Origin: the human T2T-CHM13v2.0 reference genome, Homo sapiens
Direction: 5' to 3' (one strand)
Length of the DNA stretch: 64,000 bases
NCBI RefSeq assembly: GCF_009914755.1
Contig: NC_060932.1
The notes under the pieces are model-generated. The model did no database searches and was not told where the DNA came from. It saw only the letters and a list, made by a program, of their open reading frames with translations. Positions 17,636 through 33,447 of the stretch are shown here, in pieces. Each line of letters begins with the position of its first letter. The stretch's first letter is position 1. Made by a program: the position numbers and the translations under genes.

Positions 17636-18769
17636 TGATTTTTAGAAAATTATTATTTATTACAGATTTATAGAGCATGCCTTGTTGTGCCTTGTTGTGC
17701 CTTGAAAAAGTATTCTTTTCCCTGTGGTTGTAGTTTTTAAAATAAATTTTTCAACAGCACATCTCATAGTATTGGGTAGAAATAACAGGAAATCAATACA
17801 TACGAGTCTGATTGGCTCATTAAAATATAATAAGTGAGTCAAAAAGGTAAGCGGCTGGAGTGAGCAGAAAGCGCTGCAGTTCTGGACTTTAAAGTATAGA
17901 TGATGCAATGAGTTTGACAGCCTCTTTGACCAATTAGTTTCACAGCTTTCTAATTTCTGCCAGTTAGAAGTGATATAGGTGGGTCACTGAGTATTCATTC
18001 CTCTGGCCTCAGGCCAGGTGACTCTTAATGTCAGGATGTCAGAGGGTAGGTCGCAACCCAACTTTCTCCAAAACTTCTAGAAAAGTCTCACAATTTTATG
18101 TAAGCAGACACCCTGAATTTTTTATCAATCAAAATCCAGACCTAATTGATGAAGCTCCTTAAAACATAAAGCTGAGTCTTTTATTTACTTTGTGGTTTCA
18201 GAGAAAGTCACATGTCTAGTTGTTCTAGATTGTTCTACTTTCCTTCTGTCGCTATGAGAGATCATTTCATCTATTTATTCTCAAAGGCTGCCACCATCGA
18301 AAACATGGAGAAAAACCCTTAGCCCCTCATTAGAGGAATGAGACTTGGAGTTTCTATTAACCCAATTTCTGAGCAACCTCTGTTTGACTCAACTTGAGAC
18401 ATACTCATGTTAAATGGCATACTCTTTGGGAAACCCAACTGACTTTCTGATATTTACAAAATATTTAAAGAAAGAGAATAAAAAGCCTTTAGAGCAAAAC
18501 CCTGGAAATATATAATTTAGTTCCCAAACATTCAAAAGAGAATTTATGATAGTAAAAAGCTTATTATTCTGGATTAAAACCAACCAATGTGTTTAGTCAC
18601 TTTACAGAAAATAAATTTAAATCAGGATCTGAAATTAAATATAAAAATATAACGAGATTGGTAAATAGCTTTCAGGTCTTAAAATTCAAGTGTGTCTCTG
18701 CTGTTTACATCGTAATGATTTCTGAATTAATGGTATTAATAATTTCATCACCTTTTAGTAATAGTAATA

Positions 18770-18970
18770 TCTAACACATATAGTTATTTTAAGGTGGCTT
18801 ATACAGTAGCCTTACTAAGTAGGTACAATTATATCTTTTTTACAGATGAAGAGATGGGCACCAAGAGTTGATTGCCCAACTCTACACAGCTAATAAATGG
18901 CAGAGCTTAATCTTAAACAACAGATTTAAGTCCTAAATCCTGAATACAGAGTCCAAGTTTTTAGCTGCTA
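18770..18970 (-). mobile_element. MIR SINE remnant
   Basis: Core motif tttttacagatgaagagatg...ttgcccaactctacacagctaataaatggcagagc. Confidence 0.6.
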
Positions 18971-19065
18971 CATTTGACTTTGTCCGAGTTATTATCAGAA
19001 GCAAATTGCCAAACTTTCCTCTTTTGCCTCCCAGCACAATTTATGGGCGGTCTCTCCTTCTCACC

Positions 19066-19245
19066 CAGGAGTGTTGGGTAAATGTTTAACAACCAACCCT
19101 CTGAAGAACTGATTTATAGCATTTGCCAATTTCCATGGTGTAAATATTCCTTCCTGGCCAATTTCACGTTACCAACTTGGTGTCACTGACCATGAGGTTG
19201 AGAAAAGATGGACTAAAAATTTAGCAATTGGCTCTCAAGAGCGAG
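19066..19245. mobile_element. MER63-type hAT (Blackjack) MITE
   Basis: gtgttgggtaaatgtttaacaacc...tagcatttgccaatttccatggtgtaaata. Confidence 0.65.
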
Positions 19246-19440
19246 TCCTATCAGTTCATTTTCTGGGTGTAATTTTAAGGGTAAAACTGAGGCAAGGGTG
19301 AAATTAAGGTCTTGGGTTACCGTTTCAATGGTGTCTGCCTCTAAGCCCTCCTCCAGACGAATTTCTGAGGCTACCAAATTTCTTAGGGGAGAAGAACCAG
19401 GATGTGGGTTTGCCTTGCGCTCCTGAGAGTTTGGCTTTCT

Positions 19441-19460
19441 GCTGCGCCACCTGGTGGCTG
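19441..19460 (-). promoter_or_regulatory. Strong CTCF-binding motif
   Basis: Reverse complement CAGCCACCAGGTGGCGCAGC matches the core CCASYAGRKGGCRS in unique sequence; CpG retained. Confidence 0.7.
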
Positions 19461-19939
19461 TAACTGACAGTTGCTGTATTCCCTGCTGCTGTCTTGAATT
19501 CAGGCTTTAGGGTTCTTCTCCCCGAGATGGTCAGCATTCTTTGCCCAGGAGCAAGTTCAGTTACTAATAAGGCTTCTCGTGGGTAATTGGACTCTTTAAC
19601 TGACAATCTCCTTTACTGAGGCCTTTAGGATAAATTCCCAGGCGTTGGGCCAAAGGGCAGTTGAGTAACAAATTAGCAGCCTTGTTGTCCTCCGCTGAAA
19701 CCACCCCAACTCCACAGCAGTAGAGAGCATCCCCAGGCTTGGTTCATAAATGCCAGAATATCCGGTGTCCTAGCAAATGTCCCAAAGCTCTTGTCACTGT
19801 TTTCTAAGAGGCTTAGAGGGTCTTCAGCAAACAGGTCTTCAAGTCTTCCACATTGATATTCGATAGTTCCAAAAGCCGAAGGCATAATCCCATCCGCCAT
19901 CGCATAAGCCTGCCCTTTCTATCACTACATAATTTTAAG

Positions 19940-20030
19940 ATTATATATAGATATATATAAATTACATACATATATAGATTATATGTACACATATATAGAT
20001 TACATATATATATATAGATAATAGATAGAT
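19940..20030. repeat. (TA)-rich low-complexity repeat
   Basis: Degenerate tatatagattacatata units. Confidence 0.8.
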
Positions 20031-20167
20031 GATAGTCAGATAGCAATGATTTGGAGGTTACCTTTTGGTTTCGCTGATCCATACCAACAATCTGCTCCTT
20101 AGTGTATTAGTAACTGAGCACTAATCCTATATTTGGGAGTTCCTCAAACATTCTTCCCTTCTTCATT

Positions 20168-20307
20168 TATTTTATTTTATTTTATTTTTTGTAGAGACGG
20201 GGTTTTGCCATGTTGCCCAGGCTGGTCTTGAACTCCTCAACTCAAGCGATCCTCCCGCCTCAGCCTCCCAAAATGCTAGGATTATGGCATGAGCCACTGC
20301 ACCCAGC
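20168..20307 (-). mobile_element. FLAM_C-type Alu monomer
   Basis: Single left monomer, (TTTTA)n tail, TSD ccttcttcattt. Confidence 0.85.
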
Positions 20308-20532
20308 CACCTTCTTCATTTTTGCATCTTCTACTTACTATGAATTTATTCATACAACAAGTATCTATTGAGCACAGCTATGTGCTAGTCATGTGGCTAG
20401 GATGTGGACACAATGATGAATTAGACATAGATCCAGCCCGGAGCTTGAGGGGCTACTGTGGTGTGGTGGAAACTAGGGAATACATTTGGAAGCCTTAGAC
20501 AAAGCAGAATGCTGTGGGTGTGATGATGAGGG

Positions 20533-20601
20533 GCCACTGCACTCCAGCCTGGGCAACAGAGTGAGACCCCGTCTAAACAACAACAACAACAACAACAAAA
20601 A
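20533..20601 (+). mobile_element. Alu 3'-end fragment with (CAA)n tail
   Basis: gccactgcactccagcctgggcaacagagtgagaccccgtct followed by a CAA microsatellite. Confidence 0.85.
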
Positions 20602-22279
20602 GCCCATACGTTGCTGTAGGTTGCTTCAACAAACAGTTTCACATGTCCCTCTTCCTAAAGATTCCTTTTCAGCTGGTTTGAGACAGAGCCTAGGAATCTT
20701 CATGTTAAACATATTGAATAAACACTCAGATAATATTTGATGCAGGTGATCTAGGGAACCCATTTTGAAAAGCATCGACCTTTAGAGGTGGGTTGCTCCC
20801 AAGTCCCGCTGGCATCTTGCCTAAACAGTGCTTTTGTCAGCAGACTGGATGCTTAGCAAGAACCTGCAGTCCTGGAGTTCTGAATGAGTAGATTTTAAAC
20901 TGGGGCCTATATCACCCTGAGGTTACAGAGAAACTTTACAAGGGTTTCTTGCCAGGTGGTTTTCAGGGCATTCATTTATTGACCCTCAGCTTCCCTTTGT
21001 ACTGTTTTGTAAAATCCATCCACAGAGGCGCTGCAGGGCCACCAGGGAGGGTCTTCTCTCCCCACCTGCCCTTTTGTCCTCCCACTCTCAGCCTCAAGCT
21101 CCTGGGCTCAGTTGATGCTACTGCCTCAGTGATTCTTCCATATTTTTGAATATTTGAGATCATAGACTACATGGATTTGTAACATTAGGTCTCAAACTAA
21201 CACAGTTTGAGATTCATCTGGGAAACAGAGGATGAAATCAGAGAGGGGTGGACGGTGGGGAGGTGGGCTTTCTAGGACAATGGAGAATAGCAGGCAGAGC
21301 TGTCATTCAGGGCCATCTAGACACAGCCTCTGCTTTCTACCTGGAAGGGGAGGTGGCCTTGTAGATTGTGAGGCAGGTTCAGGAACAAGGAGAGGCTGAT
21401 GCTTTCCAATACTACCTCAAATGGAAGCACATGGATTACCAGCGTATATTATTCCAGATTGGCAATGCCTGCCTGAGTCTAAAAGGGTTGTTGCACTACA
21501 AGGGTTTAGCTGTTTTCTCAACATTGACGAGGACCTACCTGGACAGAGAATGACACCAGTCCCTTGAGTACTATAGGCAAGTCAGGAGCCAGGACAAACC
21601 TCTCCGGGTCTCTCACCCACTCTCTGGGAGCCTCCTTGTTTCTGTTAATTTCTCTCTCTTCACCGAATTCAATTGGGAAATATAGCAGGTGTATGGGAAT
21701 GTGTGTATTTCTGAGGGGGAATGTCACTTCTCACTGATCTACAACCCACCTTAAACACTGCAGCATTACATCATGAACAATTTCCCTGGTCAAAACAACA
21801 ACAACAACAACTCAGTCTAATGAATACACAAGATTTTACTACATGGCCATGTCATACTTTATTTTTCTAGAAGGCAGTATTATTTATATGTATATATATA
21901 TTAGGTTTCTAAATTTTTATGGTTATATATAAAGTGCTGTATCTTTCAACTTTTAGAAAGTTGCTCTACAAATCTTATTTATTCATTCAAAGAGTATTTA
22001 TTGATATTTACTATGTGTAAGTCACTGGTCTGGGTAATTTAGAGAGTCCAAAGATAAATCATAATTAGACACTGCCCCAGAGGAGCTTATGACTTACAAG
22101 GGAATTAGTACTCTATGGATGGAAGTTATGCTTTATTTCATCTTGATAAGGATCCTGTGAGATGGGCAAGGCGGTGCTACCATCTTCATTGCTTTTGTAT
22201 GGAGGAACAGGAAGTGCAGACATGTTATGACCCTTGCCTGAGGTCACAGATGGTCTTCAGTCTAGCCTCACACTTGATT

Positions 22280-23173
<894 letters not shown>

Positions 23174-23205
23174 CCTCCTATTGTCCTTTTCAAAAACTAT
23201 CCGGA

Positions 23206-23755
23206 CCATTTGACCCAGCAATCCCATTACTGGGTAAATATTCAAAAGAAAACAAATGATTCTACCAAAGAGACACATGCAGGTGCACGTTCATCACAGT
23301 GCTATTCATAATAGCAAAGACATAGAATCAACAGAGGTGCCCAACAACAGTAGATCGGATAAAGAAAATATGGTACATGTACACCATGGAATACTACACA
23401 GCCCATAAAGAAGAAAAAATCATGTCCTTTGTAGAAATATGGATGCAGCTGGAGGCCATTATCCTAAGCGAATTAATGCAAGAACAGAAAACCAATTACC
23501 ACGTGTTTTCACTTATAAGTGGAAGCTAAACATTGAGTACTCGTGAACATAAATATGGGAACAACAGACAGTGGGGACTACTAGAGGAGAGGAAGAAGGG
23601 AGTGGGGCAAGGCCTGAGAAATGACCTATTGGATACTACGTCCACTACCTGGGTGATGGGATCATTCATGCCTCAAACCTCAGCATCACACAATACATCC
23701 AAGTAACAAATCTGCACTTGAACTCCCTGAGTCTAAAACAAACGTTGAAAAAAAC
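23206..23755 (+). mobile_element. 5'-truncated L1 (L1PA15/16-like) 3' end
   Basis: accatttgacccagcaatcccattactggg through aaacctcagcatcacacaatac...; degenerate TSD aaaaactatcc / aaaacctatct. Confidence 0.85.
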
Positions 23756-24022
23756 CTATCTGAAAAGATTTTTAAAACTCTATTTTTGAATACTTTTATT
23801 GATTTTTTAAGAAAAGTTGTGTCAGACTTTTAATTGTCAAAGCTTTTCTTGTTCTTTGATTTTTATTTTAAGGTGATACTGTTCTTGTTTTATAGATGTC
23901 TTGTGTTTGCTTATTTCTCAAACAGTCATAGTTTCTATGGAACTCTCTTATGCTCCCTGTGTTGTCTCTGTTTCTCTGAATTTCTGGTTTCCATTAGTCT
24001 GTTTTGGTCTTTTTCTCTTTAC

Positions 24023-24317
<295 letters not shown>

Positions 24318-24745
24318 TCTTTCACTTTACTTTTATTTTAGATCTTGTTTTCCCCAAATGCCTGGCAAGTTTGGCCCAGCCATTTATGAGCGAGGCATAT
24401 TTTTGAGCTGATTGTAGGTTGTGTATCTCATGAGGCTTGTGTTTAGTGGACTTTACTATAACAGGGTTGGGAAGCGACTGCGCTGCTTTATTGGGCAACC
24501 TCTAAGTGTTAATATCCCCAGAGAAGGATGCATGCCCCCGTTTCCTGTTGGGAGAGTGTAAGCTTGGGTGCAGGTGTGACGGACCCGGGCGGAGGAAGAG
24601 GCTGGGTGGAGAAAGGTAGGTAGACTCTCACGTACTCCTTGTATTTTTGGATCTGGCATCTCACTCTACTTTTGGAGAAATCTTGAGAATCACCTTTAAA
24701 GAAACTTGTGGCTGTTCTTGTGGGTTTCTTGATGACATTGAGTTA

Positions 24746-25122
<377 letters not shown>

Positions 25123-25655
25123 TACTAATTTAGCCTGTCTGCATTGTTGCCCTTTTTTTTCTCTCACAATCTTGTGACTTTTAGTCCATGTGGACATTAG
25201 AGGCACAGTTGTTGGTTCTGTGATCATGTATCAGGGAGATAAGAGTGATGGCTCAATTAATATATACTCTGAGCTACTTAAATTTCAGTCATGATATATA
25301 AGGAAGAAAAGAATCAATAAAATGAGCATATTATTGACAACTGCTCAAACACCTGTCAGTATAAGCTGTCAACAGCAATTGTTTATAACAGATGATATTA
25401 AAAGTCTCATGTCATGAGAAAGATAAATCTGTTTAGAAATCTTTTTTTGGTGACAAGTTGTCAAGCACAGCAAATAAAAGTAGTCTGGCATCTTCTAGTT
25501 GCTGAAAGTGAAGTTTGAAATGATGCCACTGCTCATGGTTCAATGACTCTGAAAACCATAGGCCAGGAGATCTGCAGTAGATCTTAGGGTCCATGTGGTA
25601 TCATTTCCTCTTTTTACGAGAAGGAGGCTGAGGTTCGGAGTGGTATATAAATTGA

Positions 25656-26006
<351 letters not shown>

Positions 26007-26524
26007 AACATAGATGCTTTTTAAAAGTTGGACATCTCTGCAACAATTACACTAGGTCTTTTGTGTTTCTCAGATCGTGCTTAGATTGTATGGTGTAATG
26101 TCAGGAATGAGATATCTTTCCTTACACACTTGATAAAGCTTAGAATTCATGTGTTAGAAGACAGGGTTTTGCATTCCACGTTGGGAGATGAAGCTTCCAG
26201 AGCAAATTCCTGAGCTGTAGTCAACTCCTTTGTTCCCCGGCATTCCTCTAACAAAAGCCCCTCAACAGGCTCACGCACTGACTGCTAGACAGAGCCTGGC
26301 TTCTTTGACGGGGTCTGCTATCTAACCCCCACCATGGGTGAACCGTCCAGAGCCTGTGCCCACACCTGCTCCAGAGGTCATGTGGGCTTGCAGTGCCCCT
26401 AAGACCCTGGCTCTTAGCCAAGCACATCTAATTCCCTTTGATCCTCCAATCTGACTTCCTCATGGAAGCTGTATGTGTCCTTCTGGCCCACAGTGAGGAT
26501 AATAGGATGAGGCCCCTTGAAGAA

Positions 26525-26897
26525 ATTGAGTCCTCTGATAAGAAGATACCAAGACAGGATTAGATGTGCAGGAGATTTCCTGCGGGAATGCCTGTGAAGG
26601 ATGAAGGGGAGAAAGCAGGACCAGGCAAAGGAGCATCAGACAGAGATGCAGGCTGGCTTCTGTAGGGGAGAGGAGGAAGGAGGGAGGGCGGGGGACGAGG
26701 AGTTCCAGGCAGCAGTGCAGCTCTGCGGGCATTGCAGCCGGGCTGGAGAGGAGCTCCTGAGCCGAGGGGCCCATAGAGGAGTTCCAGTCATGGAGGACTT
26801 GGCAGAGAGCAGCTCAGGGCCAGGAGCAGCGGCTGGGGCTGTCAGTCAACTTGCTCCCTGCAGCAGGAGGCTGGGGCTGTGCATTTCCATGGCTGCT
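26525..26897 (-). mobile_element. LTR33-like ERVL solo LTR
   Basis: agataccaagacaggattagatgtgcaggagattt...gcctgtgaaggatgaagggga pattern. Confidence 0.6.
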
Positions 26898-27747
26898 GTG
26901 CTTCTGAGCCTTTCGCCATTTGCTACTTTCTCATCGTGCCACGATGACTTGTTATTTAAGCTTGTGTGGGTAGTAATGATCATTATTAACGTTTATGGAG
27001 CATTTACTACATGCCCGATGCTGTGCTAAGTGCTTTTTTGCTTAGGAGATACAAATGTCTCAGACCTCAAATTCAAGCTTTAGAAATTATTTTTTATCCC
27101 TGATTTTATATTTTGGGCCCACGTTGCACTGGTGATAGGAATGCAATCTTAGCCACTTCAGGTATTCTCCAGTTAATCCAGGAGTTTCTCACCTCCCTCC
27201 TTCCTCCTCTGGTTGCATCTGAGTTTCAAGGGGGTTTAGTGCCAAGGAGTGGGTGAAGGGCCTGGCCCCTGGGGCTTGTGTGCCCACCCTGGCATCTTTT
27301 GCTGAATCCTCATTCTCACTGGCCTCTGATCGTCTGTGCCCATTGGCACCTGGAAGATGTTCAAAGTTTATCTGGTTTCCTAGTGAAAGGCTTTCAGATA
27401 ACCCTGCTTCCTCCTTTCTCCAGCTCGAGGCCTCTCTGGGCTGCTGGCCTCTGACCACATCTGTGCCCGTCTTGATGGCCACCTGTGCCAGGCTGCATCT
27501 GGAGCTGTCTCCTTAATGACTCCACACTGCCATTTATGTGTGACCCTTATGACATCTCCTTCATTTAGGGGCGAGAGATGCTGGGTCCTGCTGCTTTCCC
27601 AGGGGGCCACCCAGGAAATAGGGCCCAGGCTCCTTCTGCGTGCAGATTCTCAGCCTTCTCTGAGTGTTGTGTCCTTGCTTTGCCCATATACCCCAGTCTC
27701 TGGTTCACTCAGCAGCATTTTAGTGCTTGCTTCCCTTCTGACACCAG

Positions 27748-28384
<637 letters not shown>

Positions 28385-28427
28385 TTTTTAAGCTTATAAG
28401 CAACAGAAATTTATTTCTAGTTCTTAA

Positions 28428-30640
28428 ATAATTTCAACTTTTATTTTAGATTCAAGAGGTACATGTACAGGTTTGTTACCTAGGTATATTGTGTGACACT
28501 GAGGTTTGGGGTATGAACAATTCCATCACCCAGGTAATGAGTATAGTACCTAAAAGGTAGTTTTTAAACCCCTGAGGCCCGCCTGCCCTCTCTCCTCTAG
28601 TGGTTCACAGTATCTGTTGTTCCCATATTTATGTCCATGAGTACCCAATGCTTAGCTCCCACTTGCAAGTGAGAACATGTGGTTATTTGGTTTTCTGTTT
28701 CTGTGTTAATTTGCTTGGAATAATGGCCTCCAGCTGCATCCTCTTAGCTGCAAAGGATATAACTTCATTCTGTTTTTATGGCTGCGTAGTATTCCGTGGT
28801 GTATATGTATCACATTTTCTTTATCCAATCCACTGTTGATGGGCATCTAGGATGATTCTTTGTCGTTGCTATTGTGAATAGTGTTGCAATGAATATATGA
28901 GTGCATGTGTCTTTTCGGTAGAACGATTTATTTTCCTTTGAAAATATACGCAGTAGTGGGATTGCTGGGTCGAATGGTAGATCTATTTCCAAGTTTTTTG
29001 AGAAATCTCCAAACTGCTTTCCATAGTGGCTGAAGTAATTTACATTCCTGCCAACAGTGTATAAACATTCCCTTTTTTTCTGCAACCTTGCCAACATCTG
29101 TTATTTTTTCACTTTTTAATAATTGCCATTCTAACCGGTATGAGATGGTATCTCATTGTGGTTTTGATTTGCATTTCTCTGATGATTAATGATGTTGAGA
29201 ATTTTTTCATGTTTGTCTTCTTTTGAGAAGAGTCTGTTCATGTCCTTTGCCCTTTTTTAATGAGGTTGGTTTTTGCTTGTTGAACTGTTTAATTCCCTTG
29301 TAGATTCTAAATGTGAGATCTTTGTCAGATGCATCGTTTGCAAATATTTTCTCCCATTCTGTAGGTTGTCTGTGTACTCTGTTGATAGTTTCTTTTGTCG
29401 TGCAGCTCTTGTGTTTAATTAGGTTCCACTTGTCAATTTTTTTGTTGCCATTGCTTTTGAGGACATATGGAGGACTGAGAAAAACAGAAGTTTTCTGAAA
29501 TAAATTCTTTGCCAAGCCTCATGTCCAGAATGATGTTTCCTAGGTTTTCCCCTAGGACCTTTATAGTTTGAGGTCTTACATTTAAATCTTCAATCCATCT
29601 TGAGTTAATTTTTGTGTATGGGGAAGATAAGGGGTCCAGTTTCATTCTTCTTTATATGGCTAGCCAGTTATTCTGGCACCATTTATAAAATAGGGAGTGC
29701 CTTCTGCATTGCTTATTTTTGCTGACTTTGTCAAATATCAGATGGTTGTAGGTGTGCAGCTTTATTTCTGGATTCTCTATTCTGTTTCATTGGTCTATAT
29801 GTCTGTTTTTATACCAGTACCATACTGTTTTCGTTACTGTGGCCTTATAGTATAGTTTGAAGTTGGGTAATATGATGTCTCCAATTTTTTTTGCTTAGGC
29901 TTGCTTTGGCTAATCAGGCTTTTTTGTAGGGGGAGGCTCTATGAATTTTAAAATCGGTTTTTCTAATTTTATGAATAGTGACATTGATAATTTGATAGGA
30001 ATAGTACTGAATCTGTAAATTGCTTTGGGCAGTATGGCCATTTTTATGATACTGATTCCTTCAATCCATGATCATAGAATGTTTTTCCATTTGTTTGTGT
30101 CATCTATGATGTCTTTCAGCAGTATTTTGTAGTTCTCCTTGTAGAGATTTTTTACCTCCTTGGTTAGATGTATTCCTAGGTATTTTGTTTTTTTGGTGGC
30201 TACTATAAATGGGATTGTGTTCTTGATTTGGATCTCAGCTTGAATATTATTGGTGTATAGAAATGCTACTGAATTTTTGCACATTAATTTTGTATCCTGA
30301 GACTTTACCGAGGTTGTTTATTGGTTCTAGGAGCCTTTTGGTGGAGTCTTCAGGCTTTTCTAGGTATAGAATCATTAAATCTATGAAGAGAGATAATTTG
30401 ACTTATTTTCTTGTTTGGATGCCTTTTATGTCTTTCTCTTGCCTGATTGCTCTGGATAGAAATTCCAGTACTATATTTAATAGGAGTGGTGAGAGTAGGC
30501 AACTCTATCTTGTACCTGTTCTTAAAAGGAATGCCTCCAGCTTTTGCCCATTCACTGTGATGCTGGCTGTGGGTTTGTCATAGATGGATGGCTCTTATTA
30601 TTTTGAAGTATATTCCTTTGATATCCAGTTTGTGGAGGGC
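28428..30640 (-). mobile_element. 5'-truncated L1 (L1PA15/16-like), ~2.2 kb of ORF2 plus 3' UTR
   Basis: ORF-track fragments are L1 ORF2 ([30 protein letters not shown]); 3' end atttcaacttttattttagattc. Confidence 0.9.
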
Positions 30641-30876
30641 TTTTTTTTTTTTTTATCATGTCCTCTGCTTCTATCCGTCAAGCCAAGGGAATCATCTCTT
30701 CTGGGGTTGAAAACTGGGTCAGCAGCATTTTTCTAAAATCTATTACTCATACCAGAGCCTTGGCTTTTGCTCTGTGCTTTGCATGTATTACCTCAATTCT
30801 TAGAAGTCTATGATATAGAAACAATGCACAGAAAGATTAACTGGTTTGCTAAATGCCATACAGCATGTAAGTGTGA

Positions 30877-31248
<372 letters not shown>

Positions 31249-31712
31249 TTGGAAATTACACTCTTATCCACTCCTTGGAATCATCATTGACTTTCTCTTT
31301 TAGGGTAGGTTTTGTTTCCTCAATTAACTTTTAATAATTTTAGGAACAGATGATCCAATAAGGATTTATTTAATCTGTAAAATCACTTTATATAGAAGCT
31401 GGAGATATATTATTTGGACTTAAGAAAACATCTTTTTACCTACCCTAGAAGACAAAACACAGAAATGTTTTTTACCTGCCTAGGGTCATCACTACGTCTT
31501 TGATCTGGAAGATCTTTAAGGGAGAATAATCTGACTTAGAGGCTTATTCAATCACTTGCCATGAGGCAGAGGTTGAAGTAAGAGGGCTCTGAATCCTTTT
31601 AGCTGAGTCTGTGGAGTCTGGGAGTTCACTAGGCATCAAAGGAATATACCTCAAAATATTGAGAGCCGTCCATTTATGACAAACTCACAGACAACATCGT
31701 AGTGAATGGGCA

Positions 31713-31856
31713 ATGTTATGTTGCTCAGGTTGAGTGCAGTGGCTATTCCCAGGCATGATCATGGCTCACTGCAGCCTTGAACTCCTGGGCTCAAGCAATC
31801 CTCCTGCCTCAGCCTCTCGAGTAGCTGGGACGACAGGCGTGAACCACTGCACCTGG
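31713..31856 (-). mobile_element. FAM (fossil Alu monomer), abutting a short L1 ORF2 fragment (~31640-31712)
   Basis: Retains the 7SL-type segment gagtgcagtggctattcccaggcatgatc absent from dimeric Alus. Confidence 0.8.
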
Positions 31857-32759
31857 ATTTTAGTCTATGGATTCTGAGTGGCCAAGAGATTTTATCAAAC
31901 AATAGCCTTGAAAATTGTATGGGTACACACATAAAGTGGATTTGGGGAGGGGCTTTCCTCTCCAAATGTGTACGTATTTATATGTCTCTACAGGGATATG
32001 TAAACATGTAGTACAAAGCATAATATTTATTATATGCTTTACCTTGATAAGTGGGGATTACTGAGAGGAATGTGAAGAAAAAACAAAGACAGGGTGAAGA
32101 CAAGCAAAGGAAAAGAAAAAAAAAAAAACTGCCCTGAACCTTCCCTCAGTGATGTATAATACAATCAAATTAATGCATTTAAAGTTACATTATTTAAATG
32201 AAATTGAAAACATAAACTTGAAAGAAATAGAAAGAACAATGAAAAGAAAGGCTTTCATTGCCTGTGGGTAAATTCTTTGTAGTTTTTGTGAAAAAGGATT
32301 CTGAAGAAGAAAAAACAGAAACTGACTTCAGATTAGTGCTGTTAGGTGACATCATACCCACAGCACACCCCGGGTTCCCCTTATGTCCCTGTGGATGCAG
32401 GTACTCTATTGTATCTTGATATGGTTTGGGTGGCTTGCAGGAGCATGTTGGAATAAATGAATGAATGAATGAACGAATGGAAGTATCTTTACCAAGAAGA
32501 AGAGCTCATTGAAGCTATTGTGGCCATTTAGTATGGGCACTTACTAATTTTTCTTCCGAAGAATTTAGTAGTTTCATGTGGTCAGTTGCTGTAGATTTTT
32601 TGGGAGTTGGACATTGTTACCAACAGGAAAATACAGCATGAAAGTAACACATTTTACCCTTCTTCAAGGAAGGTTGTTCAAGTTGCTCGGCAATGGGGTT
32701 GATTTTTCCATGAATAAATCAAGGATGTCACACTCTGAAGAGTTGTTGAGTTTGAACTG

Positions 32760-32960
32760 CAAGATTTGGGTTTAAACCCAGAATCTATCATTTACTAGTT
32801 GTATTTTTTGGACAAGTTATTTGGTTTCTCTGAAACTCGGTTTGTTTCCTTGTCTGTAAAAAGAGGTGATGAGAGTTATTATCTCATAGTATTGTTGTGA
32901 ATAATAAATGAGATAATGCATGGGGAAGATGCCGGGCACATAGGATGCATGGAATAAATG
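32760..32960 (+). mobile_element. MIR SINE
   Basis: tttactagttgt...ggacaagtta...ctcggtttg...tctgtaaaa...aaatgagataatgcat. Confidence 0.7.
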
Positions 32961-33199
32961 TGGGTGTTTGCAGTGAGAAGTGATGAATTTCCAGGCTGGA
33001 AAGATGGCATGATTCTGGGATTCCATGCTCAGTGGTCATCTCAGGGTCCGGCAAGGGAAGATATTCCTGGTGAGAATTAATTGCTTTACCGCTGTCCCTT
33101 ATATGTAGAGGACGTGTCCCTGTAGCTCCTGTCTGGGGATACTTGCCATATTCATGGAGGCTGGATACTTACTTTGGTTCCTTGGGCAATTTGCAACGT

Positions 33200-33447
33200 A
33201 GACGCTATTTAAGGGACCTTTTGGTATGAGTCAAAAGTGGCATTAAGGGCAAAGTGTGCTGCCCAGATTGAGCCTGTAGGTGGCAGCAAAAACTCAGACT
33301 TGGAAAGCCAGCCCACAAAGCTCCAGGTGTATCCTAGAGGGTTCTGCTTTTAGTGGTTTATGGAAAAGACCTGGAAGCTGTAAGCAGCTGTAATTTTAGT
33401 GGCGTCAACACACCATTCACAGCTGTAGTCTTTTCTCCAGGGTGAGT
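33200..33447 (+). promoter_or_regulatory. Candidate enhancer/alternative promoter with CTCF motif
   Basis: Unique sequence with TATTTAA (33206-33212), AP-1 TGAGTCA (33227-33233), CTCF-like GAGCCTGTAGGTGGCAGCA (33270-33288) and donor AGG|GTGAGT (33441/33442). Confidence 0.4.

Noticed and set aside
31713-31856. Possible 7SL RNA gene or pseudogene
   Set aside because: Lacks the central S domain; fits a FAM monomer.
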